NCBI RefSeq assembly: GCF_964355755.1
Contig: NC_092672.1
Coordinates: 24,317,237 to 24,381,236 of the forward strand
DNA length: 64,000 nt
Reading direction: 5' to 3'
DNA from: Antedon mediterranea
Taxonomy: Eukaryota; Animalia; Echinodermata
Shown here one piece after another: positions 10,522 to 21,861 of the stretch (position 1 is the stretch's first letter; each line of letters starts with the position of its first letter). A program made the translations under genes and the position numbers. Below the pieces are notes generated by a model. It was not told the origin of the DNA. It searched no databases and was given only the letters and a program-made list of their open reading frames with translations.

Positions 10522-13500
10522 GTATTTAAATTGTGTTAAACTTTGTAAAGTAATGGAATTATTTGTTGGATGTTCAATCTAATAATAATTATTTTTTGCA
10601 GAATGATGGCCGAATGTTCTATGTTCTTTCGCGCCTGAAGCCCCAACGGGATGATTCAACAACAGTTGAATATGAAGAGAAGCGTGCTATTTCTCTCTTT
10701 CATGACTTTGATGGCTACCTACCAGATGATCTCTTTCAACGTGTTGCAACTAAATTTATTGAGGAATTCCAAATGGAAGATGTTGAACCTACATTGTCTT
10801 ATGAGCATGTAGAATTAGATATTGATGGTAATCACTTAGTTGTTCTAAACATAGCTACCATCAACAATTGCCGTATGTTTCAGGTAAACCTAATTTAAAA
10901 GTACATAGTGTGTGGTAAATAAGGGCAGCTCCATTGCAGAAAAAAAGACCCATAAGCATATTTCAGGTTAATGGTTACCATTTTATATAAACATTAAGGG
11001 TCCAACAATATTAATAATAATTGAACAGTTCTTGGTAGTAGTGTTTAAGCAAGTGTGATTCACTTACAATACAATATATATATACACCATTTATATTCTG
11101 TGATTTAAAAAATGTTAATGGGATTTGAGATTCTCCATTAACTACCTAGTATGTTAGTTCTGAAAAGAACTGTTTGAGTTTCTCGACGTTTCGATCAACA
11201 TACTTTGATCGTCCTCAGAGTGTATTAATCGAAACGTCGAGAAACTCAACAGTTCTTTTCAAAAGTAACATATTAATTTCATTTCAACATTTTTATTTCG
11301 CTATGTCTTGTAGCATTTTAACTAATAATCGTTCTACCGTACTGTAAACACATCTTTTTAAATGTTGCAGAAAACAATAGTCCGGAGAGAAAACGAAGAT
11401 GAAGTTGATCCACAACCTAGAATCTGTCAAAAGGTACTGTACAGCTACAGTAATACTAAACAAATGTTATGAAGATCCCATGTAGGCCCTATATTGTACA
11501 CAGTAGGTTCAGAAATTTTTTGCCCAGACAAATTTTGTGATATTGCAGAAAAAATAATGCATTCATTGTTATGCTAAAGAGTGGCCATACATTTTGTTAG
11601 CACCCGTAAACAAATATAAAGCTATAAATGTTCTGCTGTAAATACTAAAATTACATATTGATATAATTTTTATGCATCCAGTAATAACTATTTACACTGC
11701 CTATAGGTACTTAGTTTTCTTCAAAACTCATTGCCAGTACTGAGTAAGAAGGGGGCATGTGGTGTAGAAATAAAGATGTACATCCGATGTGATGTATGTT
11801 CAAATAACAGTTGCATATGCAGAATGTTCCTAGAAGCCCTTTGCCGGTCGTTCCATATTCAGCTTGGCCTCCCTCTGAATGTTAAACATACTCATATGCA
11901 TGTTGTTCGCAAATTTGATAAAGATGCGTTACCTTGTAGAAGCAAAGCAATGGACATAAAACGTTACTGCAGACTGTTTGGAGTAAACACAGAAGGTAAC
12001 TGATGATTGTCTTCGTTAAACATCAAGTATAAACTTATACTAAATTTATAATCTTCACACCGACAAAAAACAATATTCAGTATGGTTAAATTAAATATAC
12101 GATTATACAAAACAATTTGAAATCACAAGTGAGTTTCATGCATCATAGTAAATATCATTTATACATTCTGATATGCTAAATTAAACAAATGAGCCAATCT
12201 CAACAACACTTTGCTTAATAATGGTGCAAAAAATGTAACTGGATAAATAGAGCTCCTAGGTCCTCTGAAATTGCACTTATACCTTGAAATATGAAATAAA
12301 ATATACAAGTCTTCAAGACCAGCCCTTGAGGTTGGGATGGAGCTAAGAATATCTTGAAAAATAGAGCTGCCAGGTCCCGGAAATGGCGTTTAATTTAAAA
12401 TATGAAACATAGTCTCCAGGATCAGCCTTACCATGGTTGGTAAAAATAGAGCTGCTAGGTCCTCTGAAATTATACTTATACTTTGAAATATGAAATGAAA
12501 TATGAAAGTCTTCAGGACCAGCCCATCAGGTTGGGATGGAGTTAAGAAAATCTTAAAAAATAGAAATTGGACTTTTACTTTGAAAATGGCTAGGCTAGGT
12601 CTAAAATGTGGACCTTTTTTTGTTTTTTTGGAAGAGGTTGGGGGGGGGGGAATTTATCTTTTACAAATTGTTTGGAATTTACATTTTTTTCTTTTTACTT
12701 TTATGATCTAGGAAACAAGCCTGTGGATATAATTGGTAAATTCCACTGTTACTTTTTGTAAATTTTAATTAATTACATACATCTTCTGTACATTAGAGGT
12801 GTTGATAACTAAAACGTTAAAGTATAAATTATGTGGTTTATATTAAAGAATAATTGAGTTTTAATGTCATATTTAGTTTTTGTTTCCAATTTAATATCCT
12901 TGAATTTTAGTGCAACACAATTAGAAAACCCCCAACATACTGTATTTTGTTGGTAATCCACCCTACTAGGGAATTGGATGAATACTAACCGTGGTTAGAC
13001 TGTTAAATAAGAGTAGTGTTAAAACTAGCCAAATTGACTGAATTTTTTTCAATCCAACTTCTTAAAAATTAGACAAGCCAAGTTAATGCATTTTTTATTT
13101 TGTTAGCGATAACAGAGGACACGTACAACACCATATTAGTAATATTTTCATCCTGGTATGATGAACACAAACTTTTCGCTATGCTCAAATGTGTGTACAG
13201 TGATTTATTGGACAATGCCACATTTTCTGCTGTTGAAAACACAATGGATATCCTACAAAAATTGCATGCTACAGGAGAACTGAATCAACGTAACCTTGCA
13301 CTTCTACACGACACTATTAATATCACCAAACAAGGTGGACTAAGAGACAAACTTAGAAAATCGGTGCCATCATTTCCAAATGTAGAAGGAATTTCGTCAT
13401 TATCACACCATAGACAACAAGTTCTGTCATTCTTCTCAACATTATCCAACGAGGATGTCTGTAAAATCAACGCAAAATATAATAATCCTCAAAAAAAGGA

Positions 13501-14820
13501 TTGGGACCGCTGGGAGATACTCTTTGATCTGGAAAAACGCCGGCATCAAATAAACCAAAAGAATTGGAACACATTTATTGAAGGGTTGAAGAAAATTGAT
13601 ATTGAAAGTATGTTTATTTCACATCATCATTATACAATTATAAATAAATGTCTGACATTTTCTATCAATTTTTTTGGAAAATGGTTCTCCTACAGAAGAA
13701 ATGTTTAATATTTATATATATTTATTTAGACTTCATGTGACTGATCTTTTTTGGAACATTCATAACTCCACAACCAAAATTGAGAAACTTCCGCCAGTTT
13801 TTCTGTAGTAATGGATAATAGTTAAAATAAACCAACATACATTGCTAATCAGATTACTTCATCAGTTGATATATTGTTTAACTGTACTCCACAAGTACGA
13901 TCACGTAGCAACATATTGACTGACAAAGTTAAGCTGTTTTGAATTTTCTTGAACGCAAGTTTACTGTTATATTATTTTTATGAACAACTATTATCCATTA
14001 TATGTTTGTCATGTTTCCATGTTACAGTCAGAATAACAATATAATACTAATTAAAATTGACAGTAAAACACAATTCCATTGGATTTTTAAATAAAATAAT
14101 ATATTGTAATAACTGGATACTCATTAAATCAATGAAGTACTACGAAAAAAAAAAAAAAAACAATTTTGAAACGCATTCTCAAAACTATTTTTTTTTTAAC
14201 TTCTTAAAAAATGTTCCATTTTTTTGTTTGAGTAACGGTTGATATTTCTTATATTGTATGTATTTACATTTGTATTGTATTTATCATTAGAGCACACTAC
14301 TGTATGTGCACAAATCTTTAAAATAACTGTTAATCAACTATATTTTTAAATGGTTGCAGGGCACTATGATGGTAGTAATCCAGATATTGCAGTACATCAA
14401 ACAGCAGGTAGGTTCTTAGATGGATGATCAATATAAACCTATTTAATAGCAAGCTACGTAATACATTATACATGTAGAAATCAGAAATCATAATTAATAA
14501 TAATAATTTTGAAAGTTATGAACATACATACATACAACTACTTTATTTTACACTACAGTAGTTCATATCTTCAAAATTATCATGTTTATTATAGTATTAA
14601 TACTGTTAGGTGTATCAGGAAAGAGATAATCTCACTTTTCTCTGCTAATAATAGTAGCAACAATGCTATTAATTAACTATCTATAATATTGTGTGTTTTG
14701 TTTTATTTAGCTTCTACTTTAAACATAAACATTACCGTTAACTTGAAACTGTTGATAGCAATAATAACAATGATAGTAGCAATTTTAGCAGTGATTCTTC
14801 TTCGCTACTACAGCCCTTGA
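10366..14820 (+). CDS. Roco-like (COR) protein with tandem death-effector-like domains, 3' part of a spliced gene
   Basis: Phase-consistent open GT-AG exons: 10366-10521, 10602-10883, 11371-11433, 11707-11995, 13107-13607, 14360-14407, 14711-14820 (TGA). COR-like motifs W..L..G.L...LL..IW...FF..LM..FGL.C, FYVLSRL and FDGYLPDDLFQRV. Upstream ROC exons are not visible. Confidence 0.75.
10602..10883 (+). CDS. COR-like exon
   Basis: ttgcag|NDGRMFYVLSRLKP...FHDFDGYLPDDLFQRVATKFI...RMFQ|gtaaac; 282 nt. Confidence 0.8.
11150..11272. mobile_element. Intronic foldback remnant of a Penelope-like element with hammerhead core
   Basis: Arms at about 11150-11194 and 11228-11272 are reverse complements. 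Minus strand reads CTGAGGA-C-GATCAA(AGTATG)TTGATC-GAAAC-GTC. Confidence 0.7.
11707..11995 (+). CDS. Cys/His-containing exon after COR
   Basis: ctatag|VLSFLQNSL...YIRCDVC...HTHMH...LPCRSK...FGVNTE-G|gtaac. Confidence 0.72.
12240..12600. repeat. Degenerate tandem repeat related to 4820-5650
   Basis: ATAGAGCTGCTAGGTCC..GAAATTG..CTT...GAAATATGAAA units. Confidence 0.55.
13107..13607 (+). CDS. Tandem death-effector-domain-like exon
   Basis: 501-nt phase 1-1 exon: YNTILVIFSSWYD...MLKCVYSDLL...DILQKLHATGELNQRNLALLHDTI, then HRQQVLSFFSTLSNEDV...WEILFDLEKR...FIEGLKK; two helical death-fold-like units. Confidence 0.65.
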
Positions 14821-14966
14821 AACAAAGAAATATGTACAAAGGTATTTTGATATTAATTATTATATGAATACTTAATATTACTGTAGAAATAATCACTATT
14901 TTACGTGATTTACTAAGATTGTCATTAGCAATCTTTAGATAAACAAAACATTTTTAAAAGTGACTG

Positions 14967-15170
14967 CAGGCCTTTTCTTTTAAGGCGAGCGAGAGTGATC
15001 ACTCACCTAACACACTCCTAAACTGCCCTTGAGGAGTGCGATTTACAACACGCTTAAATTTGGTAAACTTCTACACACCAAAGTACAAGTAGCACACCTA
15101 CATCACCCCTGAATGTATTGAGGAGTGCAATTTGTAGCACACCTACAATTTTGAAAAGACAAAAGGCCTG
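14967..15170. mobile_element. MITE with CAGG..CCTG ends and 6-bp TSD (hAT6-like)
   Basis: TGACTG|CAGGCCTTTTCTTTTAA ... TTGAAAAGACAAAAGGCCTG|TGACTG. Confidence 0.75.
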
Positions 15171-15684
15171 TGACTGTGTGTATCTATAATTAACATGCCT
15201 CTGGTAACTGAAACAGAATGGTCCATTTCTCCAAATTCATCACCAAAAAATCAAATATATTTTAACTGGCCATACAAATGCCTCTAATCAGCAATCACAT
15301 GCAATATTAAAGTGTATGTTTCAGGGGGACAATGAAACATTTACGTTATAATATGATGAAACTGTGCAATAGGTAGTCTACACTGTTGTAAGGATGCATA
15401 CATATATTTTTTATATTTAGTGGGTTATGTTCACTTTTATTTTGCAAACTGGTCAGCTATCTTGTAATTCTTTATCATAGAAAATAATTACCGGTAGTAA
15501 TAAATGAGGCTGATGAATTATACATGATTTCTGCCTTTTTTCCTAATATGAAAAAATTATTCTTACTGCCAATACAAATAGAATGTTACATTCCAAAAAT
15601 GTTGCTTAATTTCAGCACATTATTGTTTGAAGAAAAACAACCCAAATGTGTCAAAATCAAGTCAATTAAAACATATTTTTACAG

Positions 15685-15948
15685 GATGCTTAACAGACTT
15701 GGACTCGGATAATTTCTAAGAAGATGACAGATTGGAAGAATTTTTGTAGGCATCTTGGTATTGCTGATGTTGAGCTAACACAAACTGAGAGAAGGTTTTC
15801 AGCTATAGAAGCAACTATGGAATCACTGGTACAATGGCGATGTAAGCAAGGAAGAGATGTGAAACAACGAGAGGAAGTAATAAAAGCCTTGAGAGCAGTT
15901 GAGAGAATGGATATTGTAGAATTACTAGAAACCAAGAAAGAGATGTGA
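15685..15948 (+). pseudogene. Death-domain exon, apparently disconnected from the upstream ORF
   Basis: ttttacag| then RIISKKMTDWKNFCRHLGIADVEL...ATMESLVQWRCKQG...VIKALRAVERMDIVELLE, with death-domain hallmarks W..(F/L).R.LG, L..W and AL....R.DIVE. TAA at 15691 or a frameshift at the exon start. Confidence 0.8.
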
Positions 15949-16190
15949 ACCAACGAGAGGAAGTAATAAAAGCCTTGATGGTAGTTGAGAGAATGGATAT
16001 TGTAGAATTACTAGAAACCAAGAAAGAGATGTGAACCAACGAGAGGAAGTAATAAAAGCCTTGATGGTAGTTGAGAGAATGGATATTGTAGAATTACTAG
16101 AAACCAAGAAAGAGATGTCAACCAACGAGAGGAAGTAATAAAAGCCTTGATGGTAGTTAAGAGAATGGATATTGTAGAATTACTAGAAAC
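15852..16190 (+). repeat. 86-bp tandem repeat, about 4 copies, from the 3' end of the death-domain exon
   Basis: Units start near 15852, 15938, 16024 and 16110 (AAGAGATGT.A..CAACGAGAGGAAG...CTAGAAAC). Confidence 0.92.
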
Positions 16191-17921
16191 AGTCTATTGA
16201 GAACAGTAGACCATATGAACTGTAGTTGTATGGTAACTCAGTTCAACAAATAAACAATTTGTATGAACAATAGGAGATACATAGTTAATAAAGGACAATA
16301 AAGAAGATCTATTGAAACAATGTTTTTAGATCTTGAACTATGTCTTAATAGACCAAAGGAATACAAGTACTCTAATATAGGTCACGTACCTGACAGATTT
16401 CAAGTACGTAAATGACAAAAGATTTATATATTTGTAGGTATTTTTGTATCTGCTTAAATCTGAAATAAAAAATAATGCCTTTCACAAAGGCAGTGCTCCA
16501 ATTTTGGACGTGGAGTAGAACTAATAGACAGTGTAATACTACTGGTTGCTTGAGCATGATCAGTCAACAGCCTAGACTCTTCTCAAGTGTGTGGTTACTC
16601 AATCTCTGTATCAAAAATAAATGCTCAAAACCGAATTGCAGCATTCAATTGTATATACTGATGCCACATACAGTGCCGTACTGTAGTATATTTATTTAAT
16701 ATCATATCACCCACAATGTGCATGTGATTTAAGTTTTGTACTAAAAAAACCATACCACATACTGTATATTATATATATACTAGTGTGATCAACAAGCCTC
16801 TGAAAACCTAAAACAGAATGGTTCCTTTCTCCCCATTCATCACCAAAATAAAGAAATTTTTACTAGCCATACAGATGTCTCCAATCAGTCAATCACATCC
16901 AATATTAGCATGTAGCTTGACTCATTTATGCTATATTGTGATGAAACTGTGCAATAAGTAATTGACTTTCTTTTGTCTTTTATTTATTTACAGTCAGTCA
17001 TGTCAATGATAGAGATACATTGTCCAAGATGAGTCTTGGCAATTTGTGCGGCTATGGTGGCTATGGTTAGTGTTAGCGCTTGTGGTGTACCCAAAGTTTT
17101 ACAAGGGACATATGTGTAAATAATAACACACTGTATATTAATTAGCAATATACTTGAATGTTAACATTCATAATTGCGCTACATAAATAAATCTTTTTTT
17201 GTATTGTATTTTTGTTGTCTATTTTCTTTTAAATCTCAATGCGAGTCACAAGTAAATTCATATAATGTTAAGGTAAATTGGTTTCAATCTTGCAAACATA
17301 AATGATTATTATTACATTATTTCTGAATTTAGTAAAGGATTGGGCTATTGATTTGTATGCACTAAATTTAGGACAGACTAACTTTTTTGACATCCTGCAC
17401 CGAAGCCTTACAAATTTGTAGTAATTTAGACTTACAAATGTTGATTGATGGCCATATCATCTTTTTTTGATAGTTGACAGACTTGCTAAACAGAACAAAA
17501 GGTGCGGAGATGGGATAATTTACTGTATAACAGCAATTATTTTTTACCCCCGGTGTGTCATTTTTCAATAATGGTTGCCCAGGTATGGGACCTTTTTTTC
17601 TAAGTATCACTATATCTATAAACATTAAATATTTTGTATGAGAACTTATGGCGAAATTACATTTATTTTGTTTGTGGATATAATTTTTTTTTTAAATAAT
17701 TTATATATAACTCTGACCTATTTACCAAAAGAACATAGTTCATACTTTGATACACCACCTGATTATGCAAATTATGTACTGCATTCTCTTGATTGGCATA
17801 GATAAAGTCCTTGAAATACTATATTGCTATAATAACTGTTTTCCAAAGCTTGAGAATGTACTTAACGCTTTTATTTATTAAAACTCATCAGAAACATTAA
17901 ATTGTATTTGATGTTTTTGTA

Positions 17922-20180
17922 AACAAGCCCTATAGGACTAATATTGTATTGATTGGCATACAATAAAATTACACTATACTGCTGTCATAGTACTTGGCTA
18001 ACAAGCCCTATAGGACTAATATTGTATTGATTGGCATACAATAAAATTACACTATACTGCTGTCATAGTACTTGGCTAACAAGCTCTATAGGACTAATAT
18101 TGTCTTGATTGACATACAATAAAATTACACTATACTGCTGTCATAGTACTTGGCTAACAAGCCCTATAGGACTAATATTGTCTTGATTGACATACAATAA
18201 AATTACACTATACTGCTGTCATAGTACTTGGCTAACAAGCCCTATAGGACTAATATTGTCTTGATTGACATACAATAAAATTACACTATACTGCTGTCAT
18301 AGTACTTGGCTAACAAGCCCTATAGGACTAATATTGTATTGATTGACATACAATAAAATTACACTATACTGCTGTCATAGTACTTGGCTAACAAGCCCTA
18401 TAGGACTAATATTGTCTTGATTGACATCTATATATAAATTTACGTAAGGGCAAAATTCGGTAAATCGCGCCTTACTTTTAGAATTTTTACTCGATGGTAT
18501 ATAAAGTTGGTTCGTACTTTCGGTACTGATTTTAACCACCTGATGTAACCCTGTTTACTAATTAAATTAAGTTAGATAATTAGTTATTGACGATTAAAAC
18601 GAATTTAGGTTCAACGATTTGCGCCAAATAGGGGTGTTTTCCGATCGTGGTATACACTGTCTAATGGATGTCCATCTTGAAAAATACCCGCCACAAAAAT
18701 GCGAGGAGGCTTCGCATTTTCCTATCTCCTCCTACGATAATTGTTTTTAATAGCTGAAAACCGGTTGAACAGCTCGAGTACAGTATCATAATGTTGAAGA
18801 CAGGCCGATTTTCTTAAAAAAATACTATTTTGATAGATTTAATATACGTTTATGCAAATGTATTGATTTGAAATGAATGGAACATTCCAATCTCTGTTCC
18901 ACAAGTGTCTATTCCCTCAGGCGTCGTAAAGGCAAGTACTGTACTCATAACAGAAACTCGATCCATTTTTTTTTCAATCTGTGCTGCAGAAGTTGGATAT
19001 AGATTTTTTTAACGGATAATGAGCTAGCGTTTTCAGTCGCCGTATATTATGTAAAAATCTTTATTATTGCAGTTAAACCACCCACGTGACATCATCACCC
19101 TTCCCCACTGGCATGAGTAGCGTTGTAAAGCCAGTAGAGGATAGGCCTACGGTGCATCACATGCCCTAAAACGCAGAACAACTTTGGTGGGTAGAGTTAG
19201 GAACCAACTTAAGTATGAATTGGCTCTAAGAAACAATTGAAAACCATTAGGCCTACTAATTAAGTTGAGTTAGATGATTTAATATTTATTGACGATTAAA
19301 TCGAATTTATGATTTGCAACGAATAGGGGTGGTTTTCACAAATTGTTTTACATTATATAAACATATTATACACGTCATAGTGATGCATCGTTACATGTAC
19401 TATACTATTTCAATCGACTAGGACGGTGATAGTTTCAACAAAGTATTAAATCGCAATGTTTTACTGTGTTTAGTGGTATATTATTTGTAAAACATGAAAA
19501 CAATTAATATTTCGTTACTACATGGATAAAGAATATATTTAAAAATTGTTCCTCTTTGCACCCATCCTCTTTCCCATCCCTCAACCCTAATGTTACATAC
19601 AAAACACAAATTAAGTTTGTTTAAATTTGACTTAAACAATTGGTCTCATTTTGTGACAAGTTTCTCTTTCGGAAGTAATTCCCAGGGTGCTAATTTTAGT
19701 TCAGTACATAAATCACAGTGTCTATTTATTCGTTCCTGTAAACGACATGTATTATTGTCCTGCGGTACGTACATTTGAAATCGCCAGTTTTTTAACGCTG
19801 AAATTATTATGTATTCGAGAACCATCTAGTACAAAATTACACTATACTGCTGTCATAGTACTTGGCTAACAAGCCCTATAGGACTAATATTGTATTGATT
19901 GACATACAATAAAATTACACTATACTGCTGTCATAGTACTTGGCTAACAAGCCCTATAGGACTAATATTGTATTGATTGGCATACAATAAAATTACACTA
20001 TACTGCTGTCATAGTACTTGGCTAACAAGCCCTATAGGACTAATATTGTATTGATTGGCATACAATAAAATTACACTATACTGCTGCCATAGTACTTGGC
20101 TAACAAGCCCTATAGGACTAATATTGTCTTGATTGGCATACAATAAAATTACACTATACTGCTGTCATAGTACTTGGCTA
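17922..20180. repeat. 78-bp minisatellite, about 11 copies, split by a Helitron
   Basis: Unit AACAAGCCCTATAGGACTAATATTG...AGTACTTGGCT at 17922-18426 and 19830-20180. Confidence 0.95.
18427..19829 (+). mobile_element. Non-autonomous Helitron
   Basis: Inserted between A and T of the satellite unit with no TSD: TTGACA|TCTATATATAAA ... CCATCTAG|TACAAAA. 5' TC and 3' CTAG; the 3' hairpin is degenerate. Confidence 0.85.
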
Positions 20181-21061
20181 ATTAAATCTAGGAAAATTTG
20201 CAAAGGAAAATGAACATTAGAAATGATTTTTAGTTGACATGGCATGACTATGTGTAATCTTCAAACATTTCACTCTCGATGAAATTACTAGAATCTGAGT
20301 AACTGACCTGAAGGCACACAAAAAATGTCCCCATAAGCTCAGTTCCTTTCAGTTTTGTTCTATTCTTGTGGGACTGAAAGGAACTAAGTGCAACTTTAAA
20401 TCATGTCACGACCAGTATAGCAATGAGTTTGTTGTTTCCATATAGGTGTGTTATAATCATAAATATAGAATATCTTTTTTGGCTTTATTATATCTATTGG
20501 TTATAATAACCATTATGTCAAGAAATAAAATGGTCAAAATGCGGCCATTTAATAATAACAATGTCTAGTACTCTAGTAACGTTTTCATGCAAATAGGAAT
20601 GACGAATACAGAACGGCCAGAACAAACATACAATCTTGACTTACTGTATTTCCAATGGGGTTGGAAAGTTTTTTTAAACTAAGAGAAAAAAAGTAACACA
20701 AAGTTTAAATCCGCAAATTAAATCATATTCCTGAGAATAATTTTTATTTACTGAAATTAAATCGTTAGTTTTACATGATTTGTTTATAATAAAATTTAAT
20801 ATTTGGATAATTTCATATTTACTCATGCATGAACACCAGCTGAAAGAGCTCCACAAAGACCCTGAATTCTTACAGTGTAATGGATCTTAAGTTTTGTAAT
20901 TGTATTATTGTTTGTATTGTGAATACAAATTGGTACGACAGCACACGCATGTAAAAATTGAATTGTGTCAATATTCATTTTTCTTTCAACATATACAGTA
21001 GACAATTTGCGGCATTTGACACAACCTGGATACTGGTGGTAGTTCCTGAATTAACATACTT

Positions 21062-21132
21062 GTTAGGCTATAATGCAGTTTATGTCTGGATTAACATACT
21101 TAATCCAGACATAAACTGCATTATAGCCTAAC
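21062..21132. repeat. Perfect inverted repeat, 33-bp arms with 5-nt loop
   Basis: GTTAGGCTATAATGCAGTTTATGTCTGGATTAA-CATAC-TTAATCCAGACATAAACTGCATTATAGCCTAAC. Confidence 0.9.
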
Positions 21133-21861
21133 TGGACCATGATACAGCAAACCAAGTAACACAATACCAAAAGCTATATCAACTGCAGGAGTTGTTGCAA
21201 CTTGTACAAACTTGTTAATGATGGTAGTAGTTCCTTGATTTACATGTTCCTCTTCAAAACGTCTACCATTCTGGTGCTCACTAGCCATTGGTGTATGTGT
21301 ACCACATTGTTCATTTGAGCTCTTCTTTTGAGATATTTCATCCCCATCTTTCTTTTGTTCAATGTTAACTATTGTATTTCCTTCACTTCTACCACTATTA
21401 CAGTTCAGGTTACCATTTTCATGAAATTGTATATTGTTATTTACATTTTCTGGTTCTTCAATTTCATTGACGCTTTTATCGGAAAACTTATCTCTTTTGT
21501 CTTGATCTTCAACTTCTTTGGTATCTTTACTGGTAAACTTATCTGTCTTGTCTTCAACTTCTTTGCTATCTTTACTGGTAAACTTATCTCTCTTGTCTTG
21601 ATCTTCAATTCCTTTACTGGTAAACTTATCTCTTTTGTCTTGATCTTCAACTTCTTTGGTATCTTTACTTGTAAACTTATCTCTTTTGTCTTGATCTTCA
21701 ACTTCTTTGGTGCCATTGCTTGAACTAATCACTAACAGGTTACTGTCATGAGGTTCATTATCCAGTGATACTGCTGACAGTATACTTTCTGTTAATATGC
21801 TATTGTTTTGTTGCGATTGTTCATCATTGCATTCTTGCACATCAGAATCAGCAAACTTCAT
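21121..21861 (-). CDS. Hypothetical 246-aa charged-repeat protein with hydrophobic C-terminus
   Basis: Open frame with about 5 KEVEDQDKRDKFTSKDT-type repeats whose length variants keep frame; C-terminal AVDIAFGIVLLGLLY. No family recognised. Confidence 0.4.
   Translation of the reverse strand: MKFADSDVQECNDEQSQQNNSILTESILSAVSLDNEPHDSNLLVISSSNGTKEVEDQDKRDKFTSKDTKEVEDQDKRDKFTSKGIEDQDKRDKFTSKDSKEVEDKTDKFTSKDTKEVEDQDKRDKFSDKSVNEIEEPENVNNNIQFHENGNLNCNSGRSEGNTIVNIEQKKDGDEISQKKSSNEQCGTHTPMASEHQNGRRFEEEHVNQGTTTIINKFVQVATTPAVDIAFGIVLLGLLYHGPVRL

Noticed and set aside
20674-21050. Cys-containing minus-strand ORFs as a transposase zinc finger
   Set aside because: No convincing family motif or splice structure.
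21328-21723. Hydrophobic + strand ORF and the 21441-21716 ORF
   Set aside because: Shadow frames of the in-frame repeats of the 246-aa ORF.
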